Positions 1 through 11,833 of a stretch of 32,000 bases of DNA are shown in pieces; within the stretch, counting starts at the first letter, position 1, and each line of letters starts with the position of its first letter. The position numbers were made by a program, and so were the translations under genes. Under the pieces are notes generated by a model. It ran no database searches, was not told where the DNA came from, and saw only the letters and a list, made by a program, of their open reading frames with translations. Source of the stretch: Paracoccus suum (GTDB lineage: Bacteria > Pseudomonadota > Alphaproteobacteria > Rhodobacterales > Rhodobacteraceae); the NCBI RefSeq assembly GCF_003324675.1, contig NZ_CP030918.1:1800001-1832000 (forward strand), in the 5' to 3' direction.

Positions 1-1548
1 GGACTTGGCGTCGACGTTGGTCACGCGCGCATCGACGTGGTCACCGACCTGGAACCGCTCGGGACGCTGGTCCTGACGGTCTCGGGCGAGGTCCGAACGA
101 CGGATGAACGATTTCATGCCGTTGTATTCGACCTCGATGCCGCCTTCCTCGATCGCGGTGATCGTGGTGGTGATGACCGAGCCGCGCTTGACACCCTCGA
201 CCGCCTCGGAGGCGGCGTCGTTGCCCAGCGCCTTGATCGACAGGCTGATGCGCTCTTTCTCGACGTCGACTTCCTGGACGACCGCCTGGACGGTGTCGCC
301 CTTGCGGTAGTTCTGGATGGCGTCCTCGCCGCGCTGGTCCCAGCTGATGTCGCTGAGGTGGACCATGCCGTCGATGTCGCCCTCGAGGCCGACGAACAGA
401 CCGAACTCGGTGATGTTCTTGACCTCACCCTCGATCTGCGTGCCGGTCGGATGGGTCTCGGCAAAGACTTCCCACGGGTTGCGCATGGTCTGCTTAAGGC
501 CAAGTGAGACGCGACGCTTCTGCTCGTCGATCTCCAGCACCATCACGTCGACTTCCTGCGAGGTCGAGACGATCTTGCCGGGGTGAACGTTCTTCTTGGT
601 CCAGCTCATCTCGCTGACGTGGACGAGGCCCTCGACCCCGGCCTCCAGCTCGACGAAGGCGCCGTAGTCGGTGATGTTCGTCACGCGGCCGCGATGCACC
701 GATTCGATCGGGAACTTCGAGGCGACGGTGTCCCACGGATCGGCCTGCAGCTGCTTCATGCCGAGGCTGATGCGGTGCGTTTCCTTGTTGATCTTGATGA
801 CCTGGACCTTGACGGTCTCGCCGATCGCCAGGATCTCGGACGGGTGGTTGACCCGGCGCCAGGCCATGTCGGTGACGTGCAGCAGGCCGTCGACACCGCC
901 GAGGTCAACGAAGGCACCGTATTCGGTGATGTTCTTGACCACGCCATCGACAACCTGACCTTCGTGCAGGTTGGCAATGACCTCGGCGCGCTGTTCGGCG
1001 CGGCTTTCTTCCAGGATGGCGCGGCGCGAGACGACGATGTTGCCCCGGCGGCGGTCCATTTTCAGGATCTGGAACGGCTGCTTCAGACCCATCAGCGGGC
1101 CGGCATCGCGCACGGGACGGACGTCAACCTGCGAGCCGGGCAGGAAGGCCACGGCACCGCCCAGATCGACGGTGAAGCCACCCTTGACGCGCCCGAAGAT
1201 GGCGCCGTCGACGCGCTCTTCCTTGGCGTAGGCCTGCTCGAGGCGGTCCCAGGCTTCCTCGCGGCGGGCCTTCTCGCGCGAGATGCTGGCTTCGCCGCGC
1301 GCGTTCTCGACGCGGTCCAGATAAACCTCGACCTCGTCGCCGACCTTCAGGTTGGCTTCCTCGCCGGGGGCTGCGAATTCCTTAAGATCGACGCGGCCTT
1401 CCATCTTGTAGCCGACGTCGATGATGGCCTGGCCCGCCTCGATGGCGATGACCTTGCCCTTGACGACCGAACCTTCGTTCGGGGTGTCGATTTCGAGGCT
1501 GTCGTTCAGGAGGGCCTCGAACTCCTCCATGGTCGCGTTCTTCGCCAT
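1..1548 (-). CDS. rpsA: 30S ribosomal protein S1, partial (C-terminus lies beyond the left window edge)
   Basis: Not in the supplied ORF track because it runs off the edge. My reverse-complement translation from ATG at 1548 gives MAKNATMEEFEALLNDSLEIDTPNEGSVVKGKVIAIEAGQAIIDVGYKMEGRVDLKEF. The frame stays open for 516 codons to base 1 (ending ERFQVGDHVDARVTNVDAKS). Repeated S1-domain motifs are present: ITEYGAFVDLGGVDGLLHVTDMAW, ITDYGAFVELEAGVEGLVHVSEMSW, ITEFGLFVGLEGDIDGMVHLSDISW. Confidence 0.93.
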   Translation of the reverse strand, partial: MAKNATMEEFEALLNDSLEIDTPNEGSVVKGKVIAIEAGQAIIDVGYKMEGRVDLKEFAAPGEEANLKVGDEVEVYLDRVENARGEASISREKARREEAWDRLEQAYAKEERVDGAIFGRVKGGFTVDLGGAVAFLPGSQVDVRPVRDAGPLMGLKQPFQILKMDRRRGNIVVSRRAILEESRAEQRAEVIANLHEGQVVDGVVKNITEYGAFVDLGGVDGLLHVTDMAWRRVNHPSEILAIGETVKVQVIKINKETHRISLGMKQLQADPWDTVASKFPIESVHRGRVTNITDYGAFVELEAGVEGLVHVSEMSWTKKNVHPGKIVSTSQEVDVMVLEIDEQKRRVSLGLKQTMRNPWEVFAETHPTGTQIEGEVKNITEFGLFVGLEGDIDGMVHLSDISWDQRGEDAIQNYRKGDTVQAVVQEVDVEKERISLSIKALGNDAASEAVEGVKRGSVITTTITAIEEGGIEVEYNGMKSFIRRSDLARDRQDQRPERFQVGDHVDARVTNVDAKS

Positions 1549-1753
1549 GCGGCTGAAATATCCTTTGACGTGGGTTGCTGGCCTTGCGGTTGGCTCCGCC
1601 GGTCTGTTGTGGACGCCCTTCGGTAACGACAAAGGGTCGCGGCAAAGATGCCCGACCCCTGTCATGCGGCCTGTTCTGGCCATGTCGCCTAAAGACTTGC
1701 GGCGCTCTCTACCTCACAAGCTGCCCTTGCGCAAGCGCGCAGCCCCGGTGTAG

Positions 1754-2815
<1,062 letters not shown>

Positions 2816-2838
2816 CCTTTTTCTGAAACGACCCCGAT

Positions 2839-2869
2839 GCCCGCCTCCGCAAGGAGGCGGGCATTTTTC
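2839..2869 (+). terminator. rho-independent terminator after ilvC
   Basis: Perfect 10-bp stem gcccgcctcc / ggaggcgggc with loop gcaa, followed by attttt, about 24 nt after the ilvC stop. Confidence 0.7.
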
Positions 2870-3036
2870 GTTCTGCCTTGCAGGCCGGGGCGTGTTGCGG
2901 GGTTGGCGGCGAGGAGCGTCGGGGCGAAGACGTCCATGAGGCTGACGCCGCCCCTCAACGCCGACGGCAGTTTCGCCTCCCTTGCGCGGACCCGGTGCGC
3001 GGCCCATGCTGCATCGACACCGAACCGGAGCGAAAA

Positions 3037-3342
3037 ATGTCCGACCCGACCGCCCTGTGGATTGCCCATGTCGATGTGCACGACCCCGACGCCTACGGCC
3101 GCTATGCCGCAGCGGCAGGCCCGGCCATTGCGGCCCATGGCGGCGTTTTCCTCGCCCGGTCCGGCCGGTATGTGCAGCTGGAAGGACCGGACCGGCCGCG
3201 CAATGTCGTCGCGCGTTTCCCCTCGCTGGCGGCCGCCGAGGCCTGCTATCGATCGGACGCCTATCAAACCGCCCTCAAACATGCCCGGGGGGCCGCTGAA
3301 CGCGAGCTTGTGATCGTCGAAGAGAACGGTCCAGGCACTTGA
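3037..3342 (+). CDS. DUF1330-family small protein (about 101 aa)
   Basis: MSDPTALWIAHVDVHDPDAYGRYAAAAGPAIAAHGGVFLARSGRYVQLEGPDRPRNVVARFPSLAAAEACYRSDAYQTALKHARGAAERELVIVE resembles DUF1330 proteins as I recall them. ATG at 3037 is preceded by GGAG. The upstream part of track ORF 2878..3342 is not protein-like. Confidence 0.7.
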   Translation: MSDPTALWIAHVDVHDPDAYGRYAAAAGPAIAAHGGVFLARSGRYVQLEGPDRPRNVVARFPSLAAAEACYRSDAYQTALKHARGAAERELVIVEENGPGT

Positions 3343-3402
3343 ATTGGTGCTTTCTTTGTCCTTCCGTGTCATTGTTGTAAAAAAGACGGATGGGGCAGAG
3401 GC

Positions 3403-4200
3403 ATGTGTCGCTGGGCAGCCTACACGGGGGCGCCGATCTACCTGGAAGAAATCGTGGCAACGCCGGGCCATTCGCTGATCCGGCAAAGCCTGTCGGCGCT
3501 GCGCTGTCACACCGCGGTCAACGCAGACGGTTTCGGCGTTGCCTGGTATGGCGACCGCGCAATCCCCGGCCTTTACCGCGACGTGATGCCCGCTTGGTCG
3601 GATCCGAACCTTCGCAGCCTGACAGCCACCGTCCGCAGTGCGCTGTTCATGGCCCATGTCCGCGCCTCGACCGGGACGGCGACCAGTCGCAACAACTGCC
3701 ATCCCTTCGCCGTCGGCAACTGGTGCTTCATGCACAACGGGCAGTTCGGCGGCTATGACCGCTATCGTCGCGAAGCCGAGGCAATGATCCCCGATTCCCT
3801 TTACGGCCAGCGCAAGGGCGCGACCGACAGCGAGGCACTGTTTCTGATCGCCTTGGGCGAGGGGCTCGAGGATGATGCCTGCGCCGCGCTGGAGCGGGCA
3901 ACCGCGCGGCTTGAGGCACTGGCCCGCAGCCGTGGCGAAGGACCCTATGTACGCCTGACCTGTGCCTTTTCGGACGGCCGGCGCCTTTATGCTGCGCGCT
4001 ATGCCAGCGACGAGCAGGCGCCGACGCTGTTTCACCGCTGGTCGTCCTCGCGCGCGGGCCGCGCCGTCGTGTCAGAGCCGTTCGATGGCGAGCAGGACGA
4101 CTGGACCGAGGTTCCGGCCGGCAGCTTTTGCACCTTCGAGGGCGAGGCAGTTTCGATCCGCCCGTTCCGCCCATCGCTGGCCGCCGCCAAGGCCGCTTGA
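3403..4200 (+). CDS. class II (Ntn-type) glutamine amidotransferase, EgtC/YafJ-like
   Basis: The protein starts MC (Cys2 nucleophile): MCRWAAYTGAPIYLEEIV...NADGFGVAWYG...HVRASTGTATSRNNCHPF...FMHNGQFGGY, which are typical class-II GATase motifs. Confidence 0.75.
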   Translation: MCRWAAYTGAPIYLEEIVATPGHSLIRQSLSALRCHTAVNADGFGVAWYGDRAIPGLYRDVMPAWSDPNLRSLTATVRSALFMAHVRASTGTATSRNNCHPFAVGNWCFMHNGQFGGYDRYRREAEAMIPDSLYGQRKGATDSEALFLIALGEGLEDDACAALERATARLEALARSRGEGPYVRLTCAFSDGRRLYAARYASDEQAPTLFHRWSSSRAGRAVVSEPFDGEQDDWTEVPAGSFCTFEGEAVSIRPFRPSLAAAKAA

Positions 4201-4302
4201 CCCGGCGTCCGCGGGCCTGCGGCATTTCGCACCGAAAACCGCGGCTTTCCCCCGGGCCTCCCCCCGGCTATACGCCACGCGGACCTGCGAGGGAGCTGGC
4301 GA

Positions 4303-5595
<1,293 letters not shown>

Positions 5596-5727
5596 GGCGA
5601 TGTGGAGAGTGACCTTGGAAGCGCGTTCAGGTCTTGGCGTCCGCAGGGTCGTGGGCCGCGACTTCGGTCCTGTGAGCCTCGGCTGGCGACGGGCCGCGCA
5701 CTTGGATGACGAGTCGCAGGTGCGTCC

Positions 5728-5943
5728 ATGACCCCCCGCACGCAGCGGCGCTGGGCGCTGTTCGTCCTGCTGGTCTGGATGCCGGCCTACATCATCCTGG
5801 TGCTTGTCGGCATGGGCTGGCTGTCCGACCGGTTCGGTCGCCCTCCGGTGCTGGCCGAACTGGTGATCTATGTCTGCCTCGGGCTGCTGTGGGTCGCGCC
5901 CTTCCGGCGAGTATTCCTGGGCGTCGGCAAGGCGCCGTCGTGA
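5728..5943 (+). CDS. small two-TM membrane protein (DUF2842-like)
   Basis: 71 aa with two hydrophobic segments (WALFVLLVWMPAYIILVLVGMGW and LAELVIYVCLGLLWVAPF). Its stop overlaps the next gene's start (GTGA). The family assignment is from memory only. Confidence 0.55.
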   Translation: MTPRTQRRWALFVLLVWMPAYIILVLVGMGWLSDRFGRPPVLAELVIYVCLGLLWVAPFRRVFLGVGKAPS

Positions 5944-6590
5944 TCCCCGTGCTGCGGACCGCCGGCGGCGTGACCCTGGTCGGCGGCGGTGAGTTGGGGC
6001 ACGGCGATCTGGCCGAGGCACTCTCCACCGCGCCGTTGCTGGTCGCTGCCGACAGCGGCGCCGATGCGGCGCTGGCCGCCGGCCATGTCCCCGACGCCGT
6101 GATCGGCGATTTCGACAGCATCTCACCTGAGGCGCAGGCGCGCATCCCGCGGGAGCGGCTGCACCGCGTCGCTGAACAGGACAGCACCGATTTCGCCAAA
6201 TGCCTAAGCCGGATCGACGCCGGCTTCGTGCTGGCGCTGGGGTTCGAGGGGCGGCGACTGGACCATACCCTGGCGGCGCTGACCGTCATGACCCAGAACC
6301 GGGGCCGTGCTATTCTGATGCTGGGGGCCGAGGACGTGACCTTCCTCGCCCCGCCGCGCCTCGACCTGCCGCTGGCGGCGGATACGCGGGTCTCGCTGTG
6401 GCCGATGGGCCCGGCGCGAGGCATCAGCACCGGCCTGCGCTGGCCCATCGACGGCATCGAATTCGCTCCGCATGGCACAGTCGGCACCTCGAACATCGCC
6501 TTGGGGCCGGTCAGCCTGGCGATCGAGGGGCCGATGTTGGTCCTGCTGCCGCGCGAGCAGTGGCGGTTGGTGCTGGCGGCGCTGACCTGA
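5940..6590 (+). CDS. thiamine pyrophosphokinase
   Basis: VIGDFDSI, EQDSTDFAKCL and GFEGRRLDHTLAAL motifs are typical of TPK. I chose the in-frame GTG at 5940 within track ORF 5706..6590, because the upstream part overlaps the small membrane ORF in another frame. Confidence 0.7.
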   Translation: MIPVLRTAGGVTLVGGGELGHGDLAEALSTAPLLVAADSGADAALAAGHVPDAVIGDFDSISPEAQARIPRERLHRVAEQDSTDFAKCLSRIDAGFVLALGFEGRRLDHTLAALTVMTQNRGRAILMLGAEDVTFLAPPRLDLPLAADTRVSLWPMGPARGISTGLRWPIDGIEFAPHGTVGTSNIALGPVSLAIEGPMLVLLPREQWRLVLAALT

Positions 6591-6593
6591 GGG

Positions 6594-7250
6594 TCAGGCG
6601 GCGACCAGCGCCGAAAAGAAACGCTGCCCGTCCGCCCGGCCAAGCGCCGGATCGGCCGCCCGTTCCGGATGCGGCATCATTCCCAGCACCCGGCGGTTAG
6701 CTGAAAGGACACCGGCGATGCCCGCCTCGGCGCCATTGACGGGATCGAGATAGCGGAAGGCGATCCGGCCCTCGTCCTCCAACTGTGCGAGGCCGTCCGC
6801 GTCGATGCGGTAATTGCCGTCGTGATGCGCGACCGGCAGGGCAATAGCCTCATCCGTCTCATAACCAGCGGTGTAATCGCTGTCGCGGCTGGCGACCGAC
6901 AGCCCGACATCGCGGCAGACATAGGCGAGGCCGCTGTTGCGGATCAGCGCGCCGGGCAGCAGCCCGAGCTCTGTCAGGACCTGAAAACCGTTGCAGATGC
7001 CCAGCACGTGGCCGCCACGATCGGCATGATCGCGGATCGCCCCGGCGATGGGCGAGCGTGCGGCAATCGCCCCGCAGCGCAGGTAATCGCCGAACGAGAA
7101 ACCGCCCGGCACTGCCACCAGATCGGTGCCGGCGGGCAGGGCGGTATCCTTGTGCCAGACGCGAACCACCTCGGCCCCGGCATTGCCGAGGGCGACGGCC
7201 AGGTCACGGTCGCAGTTCGAGCCGGGGAAGGTGACGACAGCAGCTTTCAT
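6594..7250 (-). CDS. purQ: phosphoribosylformylglycinamidine synthase subunit PurQ (glutaminase)
   Basis: [21 protein letters not shown]...[15 protein letters not shown]...GICNGFQVL...MMPHPER; triad-type GATase typical of PurQ. Confidence 0.93.
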   Translation of the reverse strand: MKAAVVTFPGSNCDRDLAVALGNAGAEVVRVWHKDTALPAGTDLVAVPGGFSFGDYLRCGAIAARSPIAGAIRDHADRGGHVLGICNGFQVLTELGLLPGALIRNSGLAYVCRDVGLSVASRDSDYTAGYETDEAIALPVAHHDGNYRIDADGLAQLEDEGRIAFRYLDPVNGAEAGIAGVLSANRRVLGMMPHPERAADPALGRADGQRFFSALVAA

Positions 7251-7301
7251 GGGGCGGCCTCACGCGGGCAGGGGTTTGCCGTTCCCTAGGACGAAAACGG
7301 G

Positions 7302-7333
7302 CCGGGACACAACGGCCCGGCCCGCTTTCTTTG
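7302..7333 (-). terminator. rho-independent terminator after icd
   Basis: The minus-sense sequence reads GGGCCGGG CCGTTGTGT CCCGGCCC (8-bp perfect stem) followed by GTTTTCG, about 37 nt downstream of the icd stop. Confidence 0.65.
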
Positions 7334-7369
7334 TGACAAACTGCCCTTCGATACGGGCGGTTCGTCAAC

Positions 7370-8584
7370 TCAGCCCTCGAGGGCCTTGCCGAGGTATTCG
7401 TCGACCTTCTCGAGATAGCCCATGGTGGTCAGCCACGGCTGCTCGGGACCGACCAGCAGGGCGAGGTCCTTGGTCATGAAGCCGTCCTCGACGGTGCGCA
7501 CGGTCACCCGCTCGAGCGTCTCGGCAAAGCGCATCAGCGCGTCGTTGCCGTCCAGCTTGGCACGGTGCTTGAGGCCGCCCGACCAAGCATAGATGGACGC
7601 GATCGAGTTGGTCGAGGTTTCCTTGCCCTTCTGGTGCTCGCGGTAGTGACGCGTCACCGTGCCATGGGCTGCCTCGGCCTCGACGGTCTTGCCATCGGGC
7701 GTCATCAACACCGACGTCATCAGCCCGAGGCTGCCGAAGCCCTGCGCGACGATGTCGGATTCGACGTCGCCGTCATAGTTCTTGCAGGCCCAGACATAGC
7801 CGCCCGACCATTTCAGCGCGCTGGCGACCATGTCGTCGATCAGTCGGTGCTCGTAAGTGATGCCGGCGGCTTTGAAGCGGTCGACGAATTCACTGTCATA
7901 GACTTCCTGGAAGATATCCTTGAAGCGGCCGTCATAGGCTTTCAGGATCGTGTTCTTGGTCGACAGGTAAACCGGGTAATTGCGCTGCAGGCCGTAATTC
8001 AGGCTGGCGTAGGCGAAATCGCGGATCGATTCGTCGAGGTTATACATTCCCATGGCGACGCCGGCGCCGGGCGACTGGAACACCTCGTGCTCGATCGTCT
8101 CACCATCCTCGCCAACGAACTTGATCGTCAGCGTGCCCTTGCCCGGAAAGCGGAAATCGGTGGCCTTGTACTGATCGCCATAGGCATGCCGGCCAACGAC
8201 GATCGGCTTGGACCAGTGCGGCACCAGGCGGGGGACGTTCCGGCAGATGATCGGCTCGCGGAAAATGACACCGCCGAGGATGTTGCGGATCGTCCCGTTC
8301 GGGGATTTCCACATCTTCTTCAGCCCGAATTCCTCGACCCGGGCCTCGTCGGGGGTGATGGTCGCGCATTTGACGCCGACACCGTATTCCTTGATCGCGT
8401 AGGCGGCGTCGATGGTGACCTGATCGCTGGTCCTGTCACGCTCTTCGATGCCAAGATCGTGGTACTTCAGGTCGATGTCGAGATAGGGGAGGATCAGCTT
8501 GTCCTTGATGAAATGCCAGATGATCCGGGTCATCTCGTCGCCGTCCAGTTCGACAACCGGGTTGTCCACCTTGATCTTCGACAT
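7370..8584 (-). CDS. icd: NADP-dependent isocitrate dehydrogenase (404-aa, eukaryote-like subfamily)
   Basis: [23 protein letters not shown]...GTIRNILGG...HAYGDQY...[23 protein letters not shown]...[10 protein letters not shown]. Confidence 0.95.
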   Translation of the reverse strand: MSKIKVDNPVVELDGDEMTRIIWHFIKDKLILPYLDIDLKYHDLGIEERDRTSDQVTIDAAYAIKEYGVGVKCATITPDEARVEEFGLKKMWKSPNGTIRNILGGVIFREPIICRNVPRLVPHWSKPIVVGRHAYGDQYKATDFRFPGKGTLTIKFVGEDGETIEHEVFQSPGAGVAMGMYNLDESIRDFAYASLNYGLQRNYPVYLSTKNTILKAYDGRFKDIFQEVYDSEFVDRFKAAGITYEHRLIDDMVASALKWSGGYVWACKNYDGDVESDIVAQGFGSLGLMTSVLMTPDGKTVEAEAAHGTVTRHYREHQKGKETSTNSIASIYAWSGGLKHRAKLDGNDALMRFAETLERVTVRTVEDGFMTKDLALLVGPEQPWLTTMGYLEKVDEYLGKALEG

Positions 8585-8680
8585 GGGCGCCGCCCCTCCG
8601 CTAAACCTGAAATGATTGCCAGGTTTCTACGCGGTGGCGGGTCGAAAGGAAAGCCGGTGTGCGACGGTATACCGGCATGC

Positions 8681-8703
8681 AAAAACCGCCCCCGAAGGGA
8701 CGG
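8681..8703 (-). terminator. rho-independent terminator after the secreted-protein gene
   Basis: The minus-sense sequence reads CCGTCCC TTCG GGGGCGG (7-bp stem with one G-U pair and a TTCG tetraloop) followed by TTTTT, about 30 nt after the stop at 8737. Confidence 0.65.
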
Positions 8704-8736
8704 CTTGCAGCATCAGACAACATGCCGGTCGACAGT

Positions 8737-9231
8737 TCAGTGCTTGACGGCGGTCGGTTCCTGATCGCCGGTCTGGTCGGTGACGCCAGCCCCGACAGTG
8801 TAGCCCGCGCCGTCAACGGTGGTCAGCGTGCCGGTGGTCATGTCGTAGACCAGATTCTGCGGCGTGCCGTCCTTGTTGGCCTCGACCTGCAACTTGTTGT
8901 CTTCGCGGGTGATCTTGATGTCGGTGTAGCCCGCTTCGGTCAGGCGCGCCGTCACCTTGGCGTCGTCATCCATGTCGGTCAGGGTCTCGACATAGACCGG
9001 CATGACAACGGTCTCGGTCGTCGCGGCGGGCGCAGCCGTGGTCGCCGCGGGGGCAGCGGTGGTGGTCGCCGGCGCCGGGGTGGTCGTCGTCGTGGCAGCA
9101 GTCGAGCTTTCCGCAGTCGCGGCGCCCGATTCGCCCATCCCGGTCGATCCGGCAGTCGGGGTAGTCTGAGCCGCAGCCATCATCGGCAGCGCGGCGGCGA
9201 GGGTAACGGCGGTGATCTGGAACAGTTTCAC
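8737..9231 (-). CDS. secreted protein with Thr/Ala/Pro-rich linker and small C-terminal globular domain (function unknown)
   Basis: GTG at 9231 is preceded by GGGAG at 8-nt spacing. The signal-peptide-like N-terminus is VKLFQITAVTLAAALPMMAAAQ. The low-complexity stretch is TTPTAGSTGMGESGAATAESSTAATTTTTPAPATTTAAPAATTAAPAATT. The C-terminal region is VVMPVYVETLTDMDDDAKVTARLTEAGYTDIKITREDNKLQVEANKDG. The longer track ORF (to 9309) adds a non-protein-like extension. Confidence 0.6.
   Translation of the reverse strand: MKLFQITAVTLAAALPMMAAAQTTPTAGSTGMGESGAATAESSTAATTTTTPAPATTTAAPAATTAAPAATTETVVMPVYVETLTDMDDDAKVTARLTEAGYTDIKITREDNKLQVEANKDGTPQNLVYDMTTGTLTTVDGAGYTVGAGVTDQTGDQEPTAVKH
9016..9057 (-). 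repeat. in-frame tandem duplication (2 x 21 nt) encoding AAPAATT AAPAATT within a Thr/Ala-rich tract (9013..9168)
   Basis: My translation of the minus strand: gct gcc ccc gcg gcg acc acg / gct gcg ccc gcc gcg acg acc. The peptide units are identical but the codons diverge. Confidence 0.5.
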
Positions 9232-9327
9232 TGGATAAACTCCCGTTTGCATCCTTGCATGTGATGCTAAACGGCCGACCCGCGGTGGGGTTCCCGGCGG
9301 CGCAAGCACGCCGCCGTGAGTTTCGCG

Positions 9328-10554
9328 TCAGGCGTCGATCTCAACGCCAAGGTGGCGCGCCACCGTGAAGATGTCCTTGTCCCCCCGACCGCACATGTTC
9401 ATCACCAGCAGATGGTCAGCCGGCAGGTCGGGCGCGATTTTGGCGACATGCGCCAAGGCGTGACACGGCTCGAGCGCGGGGATGATGCCTTCGGTCTCGC
9501 AGCACAGCTGGAATGCGGCCAGGGCCTCGCGGTCGGTAATGCTGACATATTCCGCGCGGCCGATCTCATGCAGCCAGGCATGCTCGGGACCGATGCCGGG
9601 GTAGTCGAGGCCGGCGCTGATCGAGTGCCCCTCGAGGATCTGGCCGTCGTCGTCCTGCAAAAGGAAGGTGCGGTTGCCGTGCAGAACCCCCGGGCGGCCG
9701 CCGGTCAGGCTGGCGCAATGCTCCATCCGGTCGTCAACGCCATGCCCGCCGGCCTCGACCCCGATGATGCGCACCGAGGCGTCGTCGAGGAACGGGTGGA
9801 ACAGCCCCATGGCGTTGCTGCCGCCGCCGATCGCGGCGATGAGGGTGTCAGGCAGGCGACCCTCACGCTCCAGCATCTGGGCCTTGGTCTCCTTGCCAAT
9901 GATCGACTGGAAATCGCGGACCATGGCAGGGTAGGGGTGCGGGCCGGCCACCGTGCCGATGCAATAGAACGTGTCGCGCACGTTGGTCACCCAGTCGCGC
10001 AGCGCGTCGTTCATCGCATCCTTCAGCGTGCCGCGGCCCGAGGTAACGGGGACGACGTCGGCCCCCAGCAGGCGCATGCGAAAGACGTTCGGCGCCTGCC
10101 GCTCGACATCGGTCTTGCCCATGTAGATCACGCATTTCAGTCCAAAGCGGGCGCACATGGTCGCGGTCGCGACGCCGTGCTGGCCGGCCCCGGTCTCGGC
10201 GATGATGCGGGTCTTGCCCATGCGTCGCGCCAGCAGAATCTGGCCCAGCACGTTGTTGATCTTGTGGCTGCCGGTGTGGTTCAGCTCGTCCCGCTTGAGG
10301 TAGATCTTGGCCCCGCCCAGCCGCTCGGTTAGGCGCGGGGCGAAATAGAGGGGCGACGGCCGGCCGACATAATGGGTCCACAGATCATCCATCTCGGCCT
10401 TGAAGGCCGGGTCGCTCTGGGCGCGGGCATATTCCGCCTCCAGCTGCAGGATCAGCGGCATCAGCGTCTCGGACACGAAGCGGCCGCCGAAAATGCCGAA
10501 GCGGCCACCTTCATCAGGACCGGTGCGCAGGCTGTTGGGGCGATTTTCGGACAT
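9328..10554 (-). CDS. trpB: tryptophan synthase beta chain
   Basis: [17 protein letters not shown]...[11 protein letters not shown]...[13 protein letters not shown]...GGGSNAMG; full-length, 408 aa. Confidence 0.96.
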   Translation of the reverse strand: MSENRPNSLRTGPDEGGRFGIFGGRFVSETLMPLILQLEAEYARAQSDPAFKAEMDDLWTHYVGRPSPLYFAPRLTERLGGAKIYLKRDELNHTGSHKINNVLGQILLARRMGKTRIIAETGAGQHGVATATMCARFGLKCVIYMGKTDVERQAPNVFRMRLLGADVVPVTSGRGTLKDAMNDALRDWVTNVRDTFYCIGTVAGPHPYPAMVRDFQSIIGKETKAQMLEREGRLPDTLIAAIGGGSNAMGLFHPFLDDASVRIIGVEAGGHGVDDRMEHCASLTGGRPGVLHGNRTFLLQDDDGQILEGHSISAGLDYPGIGPEHAWLHEIGRAEYVSITDREALAAFQLCCETEGIIPALEPCHALAHVAKIAPDLPADHLLVMNMCGRGDKDIFTVARHLGVEIDA

Positions 10555-10636
10555 GGCGGACCCTCTGGGATGACGGCCCGAGGGTTAGCGGCTGCGCGTC
10601 CGGAAGGAAAGCCGCCAGGGCTGGCGTTCGGCCCGC

Positions 10637-10672
10637 CAAATGCAAAGCGCCGGGACCCGCGGGTCCCGGCGC
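10637..10672 (-). terminator. rho-independent terminator after recA
   Basis: 26-nt palindrome gcgccgggacccgcgggtcccggcgc (10647..10672). In minus sense it is followed by TTTGCATTTGG, about 25 nt after the recA stop. Confidence 0.7.
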
Positions 10673-10697
10673 GATGCATGTCGCCGGCGAGGCGGGG

Positions 10698-11780
10698 TCA
10701 CTCGTCCTCGGTGACCGCAGCGCTATCCTCGCTGATGCCAAAGTCGAGGCCGTGGCTGGCGCGGATCTTGTCCTCGATGGCATAGGCCATGTCGGGATTG
10801 TCCCGCAGGTACTGCTTGGCGTTCTCGCGGCCCTGGCCGATGCGCTCGTCGCCGTAGGAATACCAGGCGCCGGATTTTTCGACCACGCCTGCCTTGACGC
10901 CGAGGTCGATCAACTCACCGACCTTGCTGATGCCCTCGCCATACATGATGTCGAACTCGACCTGGCGGAAGGGCGGGGCGACCTTGTTCTTGACCACCTT
11001 CACCCGCGTCTGGTTTCCGACGACCTCGTCGCGGTCCTTGACCGAGCCGATGCGGCGGATGTCGAGGCGCACGCTGGCGTAGAACTTCAGCGCGTTGCCG
11101 CCAGTCGTCGTCTCCGGGCTGCCGAACATCACCCCGATCTTCATGCGGATCTGGTTGATGAAGATCACCATGCAGTTGCTGCGGCCGATGCTGGCGGTCA
11201 GCTTGCGCATGGCCTGGCTCATCAGGCGGGCCTGGCTGCCCATCTGCATGTCACCCATGTCGCCCTCGATCTCGGACTTGGGGGTCAGGGCTGCGACCGA
11301 GTCGACCACCACCAGGCTGACCGCGCCCGAGCGGACCAGCGTGTCCACGATCTCGAGCGCCTGCTCGCCGGTGTCGGGCTGGCTGATCAGCAGCTCGTCC
11401 AGGTTCACGCCCAGCTTCTTGGCATATTGCGGATCGAGCGCGTGCTCGGCGTCGACGAACGCGCAGACGCCGCCCTTTTTCTGCTCTTCGGCCACCACAT
11501 GCAGCGTCAGCGTGGTCTTGCCACTGCTTTCCGGGCCGAAAATCTCGATGATGCGGCCCTTGGGCAGGCCGCCGATGCCCAGCGCGACATCGAGGCCCAG
11601 CGAGCCCGTCGAGGTTGCCTCGATCTCCATTACCGGGCTGTCCTTGCCCAGTTTCATGATCGAGCCCTTACCGAACTGCCGTTCGATCTGTGCCAGGGCG
11701 CTGTCCAGCGCTTTTTGCCGCTCGCCGGCCTTCTTGTCGTCGCGCTTGTCGCTCATGTCGATGATGTTCACGCTTGCCAT
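10698..11780 (-). CDS. recA: recombinase RecA
   Basis: MASVNIIDM...[18 protein letters not shown]...[16 protein letters not shown]...[20 protein letters not shown]...[37 protein letters not shown]. Confidence 0.97.
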   Translation of the reverse strand: MASVNIIDMSDKRDDKKAGERQKALDSALAQIERQFGKGSIMKLGKDSPVMEIEATSTGSLGLDVALGIGGLPKGRIIEIFGPESSGKTTLTLHVVAEEQKKGGVCAFVDAEHALDPQYAKKLGVNLDELLISQPDTGEQALEIVDTLVRSGAVSLVVVDSVAALTPKSEIEGDMGDMQMGSQARLMSQAMRKLTASIGRSNCMVIFINQIRMKIGVMFGSPETTTGGNALKFYASVRLDIRRIGSVKDRDEVVGNQTRVKVVKNKVAPPFRQVEFDIMYGEGISKVGELIDLGVKAGVVEKSGAWYSYGDERIGQGRENAKQYLRDNPDMAYAIEDKIRASHGLDFGISEDSAAVTEDE

Positions 11781-11833
11781 GTCGGTGCTGCCTTCCTGTC
11801 ACGGATTACGCGCGATGGGCAACCTTCGCTGAT

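Noticed and set aside
37-1626. Plus-strand track ORFs 37..507 and 583..1626 (347 aa), and others over the first 1.6 kb
   Set aside because: They lie antisense to an unmistakable ribosomal protein S1 reading frame. Their translations are Asp/Leu/Ala/Val/Gly-rich mirror frames with no recognisable motifs, which is the typical high-GC shadow ORF.
3403-4200. Ergothioneine biosynthesis locus, suggested by the EgtC-like amidotransferase
   Set aside because: No EgtB (sulfoxide synthase), EgtD (methyltransferase) or EgtE-like genes occur anywhere in the window. The family resemblance alone does not support a pathway call.
5596-5727. Possible TPP riboswitch upstream of the small membrane protein / thiamine pyrophosphokinase pair
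   Set aside because: I could not find the conserved CUGAGA and pyrimidine-sensor helix elements of the THI-box. Thiamine pyrophosphokinase genes are also not typical riboswitch targets.
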